Assembly: GCA_963805085.1 (NCBI GenBank)
Contig: CAWDTA010000002.1
Coordinates: 1,824,001 to 1,888,000, forward strand
Reading direction: 5' to 3'
DNA length: 64,000 nt
DNA from: an uncultured Veillonellaceae bacterium
GTDB taxonomy: Bacteria; Bacillota; Negativicutes; JARBTT01
Shown here piece after piece: positions 39,272 through 49,045 of this stretch. Each line of letters opens with the position of its first letter. Within the stretch, counting starts at the first letter, position 1. The notes beneath the pieces were generated by a model that searched no databases, was not told the DNA's origin, and saw only the letters and a list, made by a program, of their open reading frames with translations. The position numbers were made by a program, and so were the translations under genes.

Positions 39272-39697
39272 GTGGTTGAACTTTCAGAACGGGTGAAAAA
39301 GTTGATGTTATCTTTTTATGAAGACAATCCATTTGTAAAGCAGTTAGAAATCAAATTGGTGAAGGCTCAAGTGGGGCGGGTTGAAATGCTGATGCCGATT
39401 GATAGCGATTTCCATACAAATGTTTATAAGATAGCGCATGGCGGAGCTTTGATGTCGCTGGCGGACACGGCGATGGGAGCAACTTGTTTGACTTTAAATA
39501 AAAAAGTGGTAACGCTTGATTTTAATATCAATTGTATCAAAGGAGCACCAAGTAATTGCTCGGTGCTCGCAGTTGGCCAAGTTATACACAATGGATCAAG
39601 CACGATTGTCGTAGAAGCGGATATTATCGGGGAAAATGGCGAATTTTACGCCAAAGCGCGGGGAACTTTTTTTGTTATCGAAAAATTTACGGCTTAA
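39272..39697 (+). CDS. PaaI family thioesterase (hotdog fold)
   Basis: HTN...AHGGALMSLADTAMG, ARGTF. Confidence 0.9.
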   Translation: MVELSERVKKLMLSFYEDNPFVKQLEIKLVKAQVGRVEMLMPIDSDFHTNVYKIAHGGALMSLADTAMGATCLTLNKKVVTLDFNINCIKGAPSNCSVLAVGQVIHNGSSTIVVEADIIGENGEFYAKARGTFFVIEKFTA

Positions 39698-39721
39698 ATA
39701 GGTAATAATGATAAAATGTTC

Positions 39722-39750
39722 TTGCTTTTTTTCTTACAGAAATTTATACT
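39722..39750 (+). promoter_or_regulatory. Sigma-70 type promoter for the raiA motif RNA
   Basis: TTGCTT-N17-TATACT placed about 6 nt before the RNA 5' stem. Confidence 0.7.
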
Positions 39751-39755
39751 TAGAG

Positions 39756-40000
39756 TTAAGAACTTATTGCTTAGGTCCGTGGTTGTAAGTCGATGCCAGT
39801 TGCAGGCGAAACGATCCACGTAAGGAATCCAAAAAGTGATTCTGATCATGGTGCAGCTTAGAGGTAAGTCCTGCCGGAGTCTTGTACATAATTGATGTCG
39901 ATATCCGAGAGAAGTAGTAGTGAGGGAATAATTTCTATTAGCGAAACTTCCAGCAGGCGAGTGTGGGGTCAAAAACCAGGTCGGCTGAGCATATTCTTAA
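39756..40000 (+). ncRNA. raiA motif RNA
   Basis: Conserved blocks recognised from clostridial raiA RNAs: GTGGTTG.AAGTCGATGCCAGT.GCAGGC.AAACGATCCACGTAAG, CATGGTGC.GCTTAGA.GTAAGTCCTGCC, TAGTAGTG, TAGCGAAACTTCCAGCAGGCGAGTGTGGGGTCAAA.ACCAGGTC; closing stem TTAAGAA..TGCTTAG / CTGAGCA..TTCTTAA; hpf/raiA gene 3.8 kb downstream. Confidence 0.9.
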
Positions 40001-40027
40001 AACTCAAAAGGTGAGGGGATTTTTTTA

Positions 40028-40315
40028 ATGGCTTTCGAAGACAAAACTCTTCAGTGTAAAGATTGTGGAAAAGATTTTATTTTTGGCGCAGGAGAACAAG
40101 AATTCTACGCAGAGAAAGGTTTCGAAAACGAACCTGTACGTTGTCGCGATTGTCGCGATGCTAGACGTCGTAACCGTGATGGTGGCGAATCTAGACAACA
40201 ACGTGAAATGTTCGAAGTTGTTTGCGCTAACTGTGGCGTAACTACTCAAGTACCTTTCCAACCTCGTAACGATCGTCCAGTATACTGCCGCGATTGTTTC
40301 AACGCTAATAAATAA
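40028..40315 (+). CDS. Zinc-ribbon protein (zf-trcl-like + CxxC-x17-CxxC)
   Basis: DKTLQCKDCG.DFIFGAGEQEFYAEKGFENEP.RC..CR and CANCG...VPFQP...RPVYCRDCF. Confidence 0.92.
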   Translation: MAFEDKTLQCKDCGKDFIFGAGEQEFYAEKGFENEPVRCRDCRDARRRNRDGGESRQQREMFEVVCANCGVTTQVPFQPRNDRPVYCRDCFNANK

Positions 40316-40338
40316 TTATATACAATTGTATATACTTG

Positions 40339-40362
40339 AGGCCCGGAGAAATCCGGGCTTTA
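40339..40362 (+). terminator. Intrinsic terminator
   Basis: AGGCCCGGA-GAAA-TCCGGGCTTT. Confidence 0.65.
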
Positions 40363-40421
40363 GTGTTTGCTAGGTAAAATAATACTGAATACAATATTAC
40401 AAGTTTAAAGGAGGTTCCTCT

Positions 40422-41207
40422 ATGTCTAAAAAGATTTTAACGCTTTTCATGGTAAGTATGTTTGTTATGACAGCTTTATTCACTGGTTGTGGTGCACAAA
40501 AGGAACAAGCGCAAGCAAAGGAAACAAAAGAAAAAGTGTTACGTGTTGGTTGTAATGCTGACTTCGCTCCATTTGAATTCCAAGATGTCAATGGTAAAGA
40601 ATATGTTGGTTTCGATATGGATTTGATCAGAGCAATCGGTAAAGAAATGGGTTATGAAGTACAAATTCAAAATATTAATTTTGACGGTTTGATTCCAGCA
40701 ATGGATGCTGGCAATATTGACGTTATCATCAGCGGAATGACGATTACTGACGAACGTTCAAAGAAAGTGCAATTTTCTAAACCTTACTATCAATCAGGTT
40801 TAACAATTGCTGTTAAAAATGATAATAAAACAATTAACAGTTTTAAAGACTTAGAAGGTAAAACAATCGCTGTACAAATTGGTACGACTGGTGCAGAGGA
40901 AGCAAAAAAAGTCAAAGATGCAAAAGTGAAGGAATTTAACAGCTCAGCTGATACCTTTATGGAATTAAAAATCGGCGGTGTAGAAGCTGTTGTGAATGAT
41001 AGACCAGTAAATGATTATTACTTGGCACAAGGTGGCAGTAAAGACGCAAAAGCACTTAGTGAAATCTTAACTGCTGAAGATTATGGTATTGCTATAAACA
41101 AGAACAATGCGGATCTTGCAAAACAAGTAGATGCTGCTCTTGAAAAATTAAAATCTAATGGTGAATACGATAAAATTTATGCAAAATGGTTTGGGGCTAA
41201 AAAATAA
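40422..41207 (+). CDS. Polar/basic amino acid ABC transporter substrate-binding lipoprotein
   Basis: Lipobox FTGC; FAPFEF, GFDMDL, FDGLIPA, SGMTITDER, VQIGTTG. Confidence 0.93.
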   Translation: MSKKILTLFMVSMFVMTALFTGCGAQKEQAQAKETKEKVLRVGCNADFAPFEFQDVNGKEYVGFDMDLIRAIGKEMGYEVQIQNINFDGLIPAMDAGNIDVIISGMTITDERSKKVQFSKPYYQSGLTIAVKNDNKTINSFKDLEGKTIAVQIGTTGAEEAKKVKDAKVKEFNSSADTFMELKIGGVEAVVNDRPVNDYYLAQGGSKDAKALSEILTAEDYGIAINKNNADLAKQVDAALEKLKSNGEYDKIYAKWFGAKK

Positions 41208-41220
41208 TTCTGTAGTACAA

Positions 41221-41404
41221 AATAGATAAGTTGCAACGAAAATCGACAAGTTGGCAAGAGACGAATCTCAAGGTGGTACTGGTTCGATGACCGCAATGAA
41301 GGCTAAACTCCCTGCGGTCAAACAGAAAGCCTTCAAAGCTACGAGGTGGTAAGATTCGTCTATGTTGCCTTGGTTGAACGATTTTCTTATGCAACTTACC
41401 TATT
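41221..41404. repeat. Structured intergenic repeat family A, copy 1
   Basis: About 185-nt nested inverted repeat, homologous to 58125-58315. Confidence 0.8.
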
Positions 41405-41479
41405 CGTTTAGACTTTGATTTAGAGCTGTTGCTTTTGCAACAGCTCTTCTGTTGTCTGGCATATAAAAGTCTCTCTTCC

Positions 41480-41600
41480 GTTCCGCTTATAAACTGCTAC
41501 GAAGATAGGCTGCCGGCTGGTGAGAAGTGCTTAGATGCAAGGCGCAGAGGGGGGCTTATCGCTACCCCGCGGTCTGTCTGTCCTCGTTTTCAATATTTAG
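41480..41600 (+). repeat. Structured intergenic repeat family B (long form, internally deleted)
   Basis: GTTCC.CTTATAAACT..TACGAAGATAGGCTGCC...GATGC.AGGC...GCTTATCGC...CCCGCGGTCTGTCTGTCC shared with 58417-58600. Confidence 0.75.
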
Positions 41601-41609
41601 GAAGTGGCA

Positions 41610-41639
41610 TTGACAGGGGATTTGAAATTGAAATATAAT
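41610..41639 (+). promoter_or_regulatory. Sigma-70 promoter for the ABC permease/ATPase genes
   Basis: TTGACA-N18-TATAAT. Confidence 0.6.
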
Positions 41640-41699
41640 CATTAGAGTATGATTATGCAGAAAACAGTAATGAATTATGAATGGTTAGGATGAGTTTTT

Positions 41700-42365
41700 A
41701 TGGATTTTGATTTTGCCCTCGTGACCAATTCAATGCCACTCTTATTAGAAGGTGCCTTGGTCACAATAAAGATTACCGCCATGAGTGTCGGTTTAGGTTT
41801 GGTTATTGGCCTATTTGCAGGGATTGGAAGACTTGCTTTGTTTTGGCCGATAAAGTTTTTGGCGGCAGTTTACGTTGACTTTATTCGTGGGACACCGCTA
41901 TTAGTCCAAATTTTTATTATGTATTTTGCCTTGCCGATGCTAACCGGGATGCGTATTGATCCGTTTGTTGCGGCGATTACGGCATGTAGTGTCAACAGTG
42001 GTGCGTACATTGCAGAAATTTTTCGGGCTGGGATTGAATCCATTGATCAAGGTCAAATGGAAGCAGGTCGTTCTCTGGGAATGAGTTGGTCGCAAACGAT
42101 GCGTTATATTATTGTGCCACAAGCCTTTAAACGAATTATTCCACCACTAGGGAATGAGTTTATTGCGATGCTAAAGGACTCTTCCTTGGTTTCAGTTATT
42201 GGGTTTGAAGAGCTGACTAGACGCGGACAATTAATTATTGCACGTACGTATGGATCTCTGGAGATTTGGCTGAGTGTAGCGTTTATTTATTTGTTAATGA
42301 CGCTAACGATTTCCCGCTTTGTAGCTTATTTAGAGCGGAGGTATAAAATAGATGATAGACATTAA
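41700..42365 (+). CDS. Amino acid ABC transporter permease
   Basis: [42 protein letters not shown]. Confidence 0.95.
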   Translation: MDFDFALVTNSMPLLLEGALVTIKITAMSVGLGLVIGLFAGIGRLALFWPIKFLAAVYVDFIRGTPLLVQIFIMYFALPMLTGMRIDPFVAAITACSVNSGAYIAEIFRAGIESIDQGQMEAGRSLGMSWSQTMRYIIVPQAFKRIIPPLGNEFIAMLKDSSLVSVIGFEELTRRGQLIIARTYGSLEIWLSVAFIYLLMTLTISRFVAYLERRYKIDDRH

Positions 42366-43071
42366 AAATTTGTATAAAGCTTTTGGGAAGACTGAGGTTT
42401 TAAGGGGAATTGATGTAAGCATTGCCGAAAAAGAAGTCGTTGTAATCATCGGGCCGAGTGGTTCAGGTAAATCCACGTTACTTCGTTGCATCAATTATCT
42501 TGAAGAACCTACGGCTGGTGAAATTATTGTTGATGGAATCCCCCTGACTGGCGAAGCTAACATCAATAAAGTACGTGAAGAAGTCGGAATGGTGTTCCAA
42601 CGTTTTAACCTATTTGGCCATATGACAGTGCTTGAAAATATCGTCCTTGCACCAATGAAAGTGCGTAAATTAAGTAGAGCAGATGCGGTAGCAACTGCAA
42701 ATGAGCTATTGCAAAAAGTTGGTCTGGAAGGTAAAGCAGAGGCTTATCCTTCACAATTATCTGGGGGGCAGCAACAGCGTGTGGCAATTGCCAGAGCACT
42801 TGCAATGAAACCAAAGATTATGTTATTTGATGAACCAACGTCAGCACTTGATCCAGAGATGGTCAATGAAGTGCTAGAAGTGATGAATACTCTTGCCAAA
42901 GAAGGTATGACGATGGTGGTTGTTACCCACGAAATGGGGTTTGCTCGTGAAGTTGGTGATCGGGTATTGTTTGTGGATGAAGGGAAAATAGTGGAACAAG
43001 GCCCACCAAAAGCGATTTTTGAAGAAGCAAAAGAAGAACGTTTGCAATCGTTTTTATCAAAAATATTATAA
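42352..43071 (+). CDS. Amino acid ABC transporter ATP-binding protein (GlnQ-like)
   Basis: [37 protein letters not shown]. Confidence 0.95.
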   Translation: MIDIKNLYKAFGKTEVLRGIDVSIAEKEVVVIIGPSGSGKSTLLRCINYLEEPTAGEIIVDGIPLTGEANINKVREEVGMVFQRFNLFGHMTVLENIVLAPMKVRKLSRADAVATANELLQKVGLEGKAEAYPSQLSGGQQQRVAIARALAMKPKIMLFDEPTSALDPEMVNEVLEVMNTLAKEGMTMVVVTHEMGFAREVGDRVLFVDEGKIVEQGPPKAIFEEAKEERLQSFLSKIL

Positions 43072-43171
43072 ATTGGGTATTGCCCCAATTGTTACTGTTT
43101 ATGACAATAAACAACAATAATTTTGCTATAAGATATTTTTATTAAATTATCTTTAAATATGGGTTTTTGTG

Positions 43172-43200
43172 TTGACAAATATAACCAACAACTATATAAT
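43172..43200 (+). promoter_or_regulatory. Consensus sigma-70 promoter of the cold-shock gene
   Basis: TTGACA-N17-TATAAT. Confidence 0.8.
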
Positions 43201-43255
43201 AGTAAACGTGGTCATCAGAGTGATGTACCAGTTTATTTCTAGGAGGAGTTTCACA

Positions 43256-43456
43256 ATGATTGGTAAAGTTAAATGGTTTAGCGCAGAAAAAGGTTACGGA
43301 TTTATTGAAAGAGAAGATGGCGGCGATGTTTTCGTGCATTTTTCGGCTATTGAAGATGAAGGCTTTAAAACTTTAGCTGAAGGTCAAGGCGTTGAGTTTG
43401 AAATCGTTGAAGGTGCTCGTGGCCCTCAAGCTTCTAACGTTAAGAAAACAGCTTAA
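43256..43456 (+). CDS. Cold-shock protein
   Basis: [17 protein letters not shown]...DVFVHFSAI...GPQASNV; RBS AGGAGG; the ORF track start at 43169 is too early. Confidence 0.95.
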   Translation: MIGKVKWFSAEKGYGFIEREDGGDVFVHFSAIEDEGFKTLAEGQGVEFEIVEGARGPQASNVKKTA

Positions 43457-43472
43457 TAATAAAGACGTTACT

Positions 43473-43501
43473 ACCCGACTTAGAATCTAAGTCGGGTTTT
43501 T
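43473..43501 (+). terminator. Intrinsic terminator
   Basis: ACCCGACTTAGA-A-TCTAAGTCGGGT followed by T run. Confidence 0.75.
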
Positions 43502-43510
43502 ATGTTTTTT

Positions 43511-43607
43511 AGAGACTGTTACAAAATACCCTTCTGCGTTGCTCACCCTGCGAGCCCTCGTTCACGTTCTCGCCCTGCCTAGGATCTGGGCATCTTGTAA
43601 GAGTCTT
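43511..43607 (-). repeat. Structured intergenic repeat family B (short form, internally deleted)
   Basis: AGAGA.TGTTACAAAATACCC.TCTGCGTTGCTCA...TGCCTAG.ATCTGGGCATCTTGTAA shared with 53125-53245. Confidence 0.75.
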
Positions 43608-43693
43608 CTGGATGTGTTAAAATACACTCTTTTAGCGATTTTTCGACAATTTCATATTTAATTTGTAAAGTTTCTGAAAATTTGTTCTTTCTG

Positions 43694-43720
43694 GTAGGAG
43701 TTTTTACTCGAATGGAGAAT
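43694..43720 (+). promoter_or_regulatory. SigH-like promoter of hpf
   Basis: GTAGGA-N17-GAAT; B. subtilis hpf (yvyD) is known to have a SigH promoter. Confidence 0.55.
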
Positions 43721-43760
43721 ATAGATAATCATAGGATACAAGAAAGGGGATGGATGCATA

Positions 43761-44297
43761 ATGGCAACATTCACTATTAGAGGAAAGAACATTGAAATAA
43801 CTCCAGCTTTAAAAGAATACGTGGAGAAACGAGTAGGTAAGGTGACGAAATATTTTGATGCCGTTGGCGAAATTACTGCACTTCTTACAGTTTGCAAAGG
43901 GCGTCATAGTGTAGAGGTTACATTACATGTTAATGGCATGTTACTTCGTGGCGAAGAGTCTACAATGGACATGTATACTTCCATCGATCTTGTAGTTGAA
44001 AAATTAGAAAAACAAATAGAAAAACATAAAACTAAAATAGCGAAAAGAATTCGTGTCGGTAGCTTTAAAATGGATGTCGCACCAGCTCCAGCAGCGGGTG
44101 TTGATGACTTAGAAGAATATCCAGTTGTTAAAACAAAAAGATTTGCGGTAAAACCTATGGATATTCAAGAAGCAATTATGCAAATGAATATGATCAATCA
44201 TGATTTCTTTGTATTTAGAGATGCCGACACAGAAGAGGTCAATGTGGTGTATCGTCGTAAAGATAATCGCTACGGCTTAATTGAACCAGGCGTATAA
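43761..44297 (+). CDS. hpf: Ribosome hibernation promoting factor (long HPF / RaiA)
   Basis: IRGKNIEITPALKEYVEKR, DMYTSID, KPMDIQEAIMQM..HDFFVF, VVYRRKD..YGLIEP. Confidence 0.95.
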   Translation: MATFTIRGKNIEITPALKEYVEKRVGKVTKYFDAVGEITALLTVCKGRHSVEVTLHVNGMLLRGEESTMDMYTSIDLVVEKLEKQIEKHKTKIAKRIRVGSFKMDVAPAPAAGVDDLEEYPVVKTKRFAVKPMDIQEAIMQMNMINHDFFVFRDADTEEVNVVYRRKDNRYGLIEPGV

Positions 44298-44309
44298 GCA
44301 TAGGATAAA

Positions 44310-44355
44310 ATAAAAATGAAAAAACTCCACGATTTTGTGGAGTTTTTTTATTTTT
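44310..44355 (+). terminator. Intrinsic terminator
   Basis: AAAAAACTCCAC-GATTTT-GTGGAGTTTTTT. Confidence 0.75.
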
Positions 44356-44541
44356 AAAGTTTATTGCTACTAGGTTAGATAATTTTTTTGAATCAGTATA
44401 TAATAAATAGAAAATAAAAATTTAGTAAATAGTTGATTTATTTTCTGAGAGCTTTTGACTTATTGATGATAGTTTGATAGAATTCTAAGATAGCCTAATA
44501 ATGCACGTAAATATATGTGCCAACTCAAGGAGTGATACTGT

Positions 44542-47073
44542 TTGTTCGGTTTTATAAAGAAATTCTTTGGTGATGATAATGAACAAGAAATAAAACGTAT
44601 GCGTGAAATTGTTGAAACGATTAATGGTTTAGAGCCTGACCTACAAGGTCTTAGTGATGCATCATTATGCGGTAAAACAACGCAATTTAAGCGCAGACTA
44701 GAAGAAGGCGAAACACTAGATGATATTTTGCCAGAGGCATTTGCGGTAGTTCGTGAAGCATCTCGTCGTGTACTTGGCATGCGCCATTTTGATGTGCAAA
44801 TGCTTGGTGGTATTTGTTTACATGAAGGTAAAATCGCGGAGATGCGTACTGGTGAAGGTAAAACTTTGGTTGGTACCTTACCTACATATTTAAATGCTTT
44901 AACTGGTAAAGGCGTACATGTCATTACGGTAAATGATTACCTAGCAAAACGTGACAGTGAGTGGATGGGGAAATTATATCGTTTCCTAGGCTTCTCTGTT
45001 GGTCTAATCGCCCATGGTTTAGATTTCCCAGATCGTAAACAAGCGTATGCTTGTGATATTACGTTCGGGACGAATAATGAATATGGTTTTGACTACTTAC
45101 GTGATAACATGGTGATCTATCAAGACCAAATGGTACAGCGTGAACTTAACTATGCGATTGTCGATGAAGTGGATAGTATCTTAGTCGATGAAGCAAGAAC
45201 ACCGCTCATAATTTCTGGCCCTGGTGATAAATCTACTGACATGTATAAAACCATGGCAGATGCAGTAAAAGTATTGGCAGAAGAAGTCGATTATACTGTC
45301 GATGAAAAAGCAAAAGCGGTTCTTCCAAAGGAAGAAGCGGTTGCTAAAATAGAAAAAGCTTTAAATGTAGTCAATTTATATGATAGTGAAAACATTGAAA
45401 TGTCACATTGCTTTACACAAGCATTACGGGCAAAAGCGTTGATGAAACGTGACCGCGACTATGTTGTACGTGATGGTGAGGTAGTAATCGTTGATGAATT
45501 TACAGGCCGGTTGATGTTTGGTCGTCGGTATTCTGATGGGCTTCATCAAGCCATTGAAGCAAAAGAAGGCGTGAAAATTGAACGTGAAAGTCAGACGTTA
45601 GCGTCGATTACGTTCCAAAATTACTTTAGAATGTACAAAAAATTAAGTGGTATGACTGGTACGGCGAAAACAGAGGAAGATGAATTTGTCAAAATCTACG
45701 GACTTCCTGTTATCGTTATCCCAACCAACCAAGACATTGCCCGGATCGATTATCCAGATGTTATTTATAAAACGAAGAGAGCAAAATACAAAGCAGTTGT
45801 GGATGCGATTATCGAAGCGCATCGCAAAGGTCAACCAGTTTTGGTTGGTACGACTTCCATTGCCCAGTCTGAAGAACTTAGTAAAGTACTGAAAAAGGGT
45901 GGAGTAGCGCATAACGTACTCAATGCGAAATATCATGAGATGGAAGCGCAAATTATTTCTGGAGCAGGTCAGCTAGGCGCGGTTACGATTGCAACCAATA
46001 TGGCTGGTCGTGGTACTGATATCGTACTTGGTGAAGGTGTGACTGAAATCGGTGGCCTACATATCATCGGTACAGAACGTCATGAAAGTCGTCGTATTGA
46101 TAATCAATTACGTGGTCGTGCTGGTCGTCAAGGTGATCCAGGTTCGTCCCGCTTTTATCTATCCTTAGAAGATGAATTGATGCGCTTATTTGGTTCTGAT
46201 AACATCGCAACCGTTATGGAAAAATTAGGGATGGAAGAAGACGAACCAATTGAACATAAATTAATTTCCCGTTCAATTGAGCAAGCACAAAAGAAAGTGG
46301 AAGGTCGTAACTTTGACATTCGTAAGCATGTGCTTGAATATGATGATGTGATGAACCAACAACGTGAAGTTATTTACGGACAACGTCGTCAAATTTTGAT
46401 GGGTGATAACTTGCGTGAAAATATCATGAATATGATTTATAAAATTATTGATCAAGATATGGATGCGTATGCCAATGAAAAGCTATATCCAGAAGAATGG
46501 GAAATAGACAGATTAATTACAGCATGCAATGAAATTTTTGCGCCAGAAGGTAGATTGGTGAAAGAGCAGCTTGAAGCTTTGAGTCGCGATGAACTAAAAG
46601 AAGAGCTTCGTAAGGTAGCCGAAGAAGCATATAAAGCCCGCGAAACCATCTTTGGTGAAGAGAGCATGCGTGAACTTGAAAAAGTGGTTATGCTGAAAGT
46701 CGTAGATGGAAAATGGATGGAGCATTTAGATCATATGGATTTGCTGCGTGAAGGTATTAATCTACGTGCCTATGGTCAACGTAACCCACTGATTGAATAT
46801 AAAGTGGAAGCTTATGATATGTTCCAAGCAATGATTGAAGTGATCCAAGAAGATATTGCAAAATTAATGTTTAGAGTGAATATTATTACGCAAGAACAAA
46901 AGCCAGAAGATCATCTAGTAAATGCGAAAGAAACTCGTGGCGAAGTGGAAGAAGATACAGATGAAGAAGTAAAACAACAGCCACATGTCAATCATGAAAC
47001 AACAGGCCGCAATGATTTATGTCCATGTGGATCAGGGAAAAAATATAAAAAATGTTGCGGACAAGAAAAATAA
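44542..47073 (+). CDS. secA: Preprotein translocase ATPase SecA
   Basis: [43 protein letters not shown]-terminal [13 protein letters not shown]. Confidence 0.98.
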   Translation: MFGFIKKFFGDDNEQEIKRMREIVETINGLEPDLQGLSDASLCGKTTQFKRRLEEGETLDDILPEAFAVVREASRRVLGMRHFDVQMLGGICLHEGKIAEMRTGEGKTLVGTLPTYLNALTGKGVHVITVNDYLAKRDSEWMGKLYRFLGFSVGLIAHGLDFPDRKQAYACDITFGTNNEYGFDYLRDNMVIYQDQMVQRELNYAIVDEVDSILVDEARTPLIISGPGDKSTDMYKTMADAVKVLAEEVDYTVDEKAKAVLPKEEAVAKIEKALNVVNLYDSENIEMSHCFTQALRAKALMKRDRDYVVRDGEVVIVDEFTGRLMFGRRYSDGLHQAIEAKEGVKIERESQTLASITFQNYFRMYKKLSGMTGTAKTEEDEFVKIYGLPVIVIPTNQDIARIDYPDVIYKTKRAKYKAVVDAIIEAHRKGQPVLVGTTSIAQSEELSKVLKKGGVAHNVLNAKYHEMEAQIISGAGQLGAVTIATNMAGRGTDIVLGEGVTEIGGLHIIGTERHESRRIDNQLRGRAGRQGDPGSSRFYLSLEDELMRLFGSDNIATVMEKLGMEEDEPIEHKLISRSIEQAQKKVEGRNFDIRKHVLEYDDVMNQQREVIYGQRRQILMGDNLRENIMNMIYKIIDQDMDAYANEKLYPEEWEIDRLITACNEIFAPEGRLVKEQLEALSRDELKEELRKVAEEAYKARETIFGEESMRELEKVVMLKVVDGKWMEHLDHMDLLREGINLRAYGQRNPLIEYKVEAYDMFQAMIEVIQEDIAKLMFRVNIITQEQKPEDHLVNAKETRGEVEEDTDEEVKQQPHVNHETTGRNDLCPCGSGKKYKKCCGQEK

Positions 47074-47107
47074 TTTGGTTTTATAAGAGCCTTAGGAGTT
47101 GAAAACA

Positions 47108-48209
47108 ATGCTTTTGGAAGATTTAAGAGTACCGATTGTCGAGATCAAAAAGAAGCTTGATGAAATGGGGACTTCACTTTGACATTGCTGGTAAAGAAGC
47201 AAAAATAGCCGAACTTGAGTATAAGATGGGGGAACCTAGTTTCTGGGATAATCCAGATAAAGCGCAACTTACGATGCAAGAGCTAACGGCAGTCAAAGAT
47301 AGTGTAGTAAAATATAATTCCCTGAATGCGCAATATGAAGATATGTCAATCCTTTGGGAAATGGGAACAGAAGATAAAGATGAGAGTGTTTATGACGATG
47401 TCAATGAAGCGATCACCTCTATTAAGAAGCAAATTGAGGAACTCGAACTTGAACTTATGTTATCTGGTGAATATGATGGGAGCAATGCAATTTTAACCTT
47501 GCATGCGGGTGCTGGCGGAACAGAAGCCCAAGATTGGACACAGATGTTACTTCGTATGTATGTACGCTGGGCGGAACGAAGAAATTTGAAAGTAGAAACG
47601 ATGGACTTATTACCAGGCGATGAAGCTGGGGTGAAAAGTGCTACGATCATGGTCTCTGGTCGTAATGCCTATGGGTATTTAAAAGCAGAAAAAGGCGTAC
47701 ATCGTCTTGTGCGTATTTCTCCTTTTGATGCGAATGCGCGTCGTCATACGTCATTCTCGGCTTGTGATGTGATGCCGGAAATTGATGATACTGTAGAGAT
47801 TGATATCAATCCAGTAGATTTACGTGTTGATACGTATCGTGCGAGTGGTGCGGGCGGTCAGCATATCAATAAAACTGATTCTGCGGTTCGTATGACGCAT
47901 TTACCAACGGGGATTGTTGCGCAGTGCCAGAATCAACGTTCACAGATTCAAAACCGTGAACAATGTATGAAATTGCTAAGGGCGAAATTATTTGAGTTAG
48001 AACAAAAAAAACAAGCAGAAGCCAAAGCGGAAATCGCTGGGGACTATCAAGCAATTGAATGGGGCAGCCAAATTCGTTCGTATGTATTTCATCCATATAA
48101 TATGGTGAAAGATCATCGGACAAATGCTGAAACAGGAAACACACAAGCCGTTATGGATGGTGAAATTGATCAGTTTATTGAAGCGTATTTAAAATCAAAA
48201 GCGAATTAA
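47108..48209 (+). CDS. prfB: Peptide chain release factor 2 with programmed +1 frameshift
   Basis: ATG 47108 (RBS AGGAG) reads MLLEDL...GTSL then CTT-TGA-C at 47177-47183 with upstream TGGGG SD-like; SPF and GGQ motifs in the +1 frame. Confidence 0.96.
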
Positions 48210-48223
48210 ATGATGGCGACAAC

Positions 48224-48259
48224 AAAGGGGTACGGAATGTTTTTTCCGTCTCCCTTTCT
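48224..48259 (+). terminator. Probable intrinsic terminator
   Basis: AAAGGGG.ACGGAA...TTCCGT.TCCCTTT. Confidence 0.55.
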
Positions 48260-48303
48260 GCTCGTAAATGACGATTCACATAAAATGTTTTGGAGGCGAA
48301 AAT

Positions 48304-48993
48304 ATGGCAAGACGACTGATGATCATGGGTGGTATCCTCATACTATTGCTTGCTTTTAGCCAAATATTATTACCGCTAGCTATTTCTGAAGTAATAGGAG
48401 TAGCGATGACGAAGCTGACCAGTGCTGATAAAGTGGAAGCAAGAGCCGATAAATCACCGGCGATTATGATGCTAGCTGGTAATTTTGATACCATAAGTGT
48501 AAAAGCTTTTGGTGCCAAAACAGATAAAGTAGTTTTCGATGAATTTGATATCAATTTAAGCAATATTGATGTTGATATGGGAAGTTTAATCCAAAATCGT
48601 ACGCTTACCATGAAATCAGTGGAGGATGTTACTGTAAAAGCAGTGATTTCGGAAGCTGAACTTGCTCGAACCATTAATCAGACAGTCAAGGGAACAAAAA
48701 ATGCTGAGGTTAGTATCACACCAGAAAAGGTAACGGCAACGAGTATGCTTTCTATGGGAGGGCTGGTCAATGCAAAGGTCATTCTTGAAGGAAAATTTGT
48801 TTCCACCGATAATGCCATTATCTTTCATACCGAGCACTTTCAGGTCAATAATAGTATAATGGGGAAATTTGGCGGAGCATTACTTACGGATATTACATTG
48901 GTAGACTTAAAGAAGTTACCGTTTGACGTAACTGTAAAAAATATTACGTTAGAACAAGGCAGAGCTGTTGTTTATGCCGAGTCACATCGTTAG
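48304..48993 (+). CDS. DUF2993/LmeA-like exported protein
   Basis: N-terminal hydrophobic anchor, P..ML.G.FD motif, beta-rich body, LPF near the C-terminus; RBS GGAGG. Confidence 0.65.
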   Translation: MARRLMIMGGILILLLAFSQILLPLAISEVIGVAMTKLTSADKVEARADKSPAIMMLAGNFDTISVKAFGAKTDKVVFDEFDINLSNIDVDMGSLIQNRTLTMKSVEDVTVKAVISEAELARTINQTVKGTKNAEVSITPEKVTATSMLSMGGLVNAKVILEGKFVSTDNAIIFHTEHFQVNNSIMGKFGGALLTDITLVDLKKLPFDVTVKNITLEQGRAVVYAESHR

Positions 48994-49045
48994 ATGCATA
49001 CAGCTAATTAAAACAAAAATTAATTTTGGTTATAAGGTGGAGAAG

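Noticed and set aside
39694-39972. 92-aa minus-strand ORF
   Set aside because: Antisense to the raiA motif RNA; no protein-like features
41260-41340. Family A apex as an HDV-like or pistol ribozyme
   Set aside because: Only about 8 nt lie between the P2 5' and P1 3' strands, too short for HDV P3/L3, and pistol consensus nucleotides were not seen; left as an unknown structure
41197-41638. ORFs 41197-41394 (-) and 41429-41638 (+)
   Set aside because: They lie inside repeat families A and B; open frames reflect locally higher GC; no RBS
41646-41680. ArgR-box-like AGTATGATTATGCA near the ABC permease promoter
   Set aside because: Too degenerate in AT-rich DNA to support without a PWM
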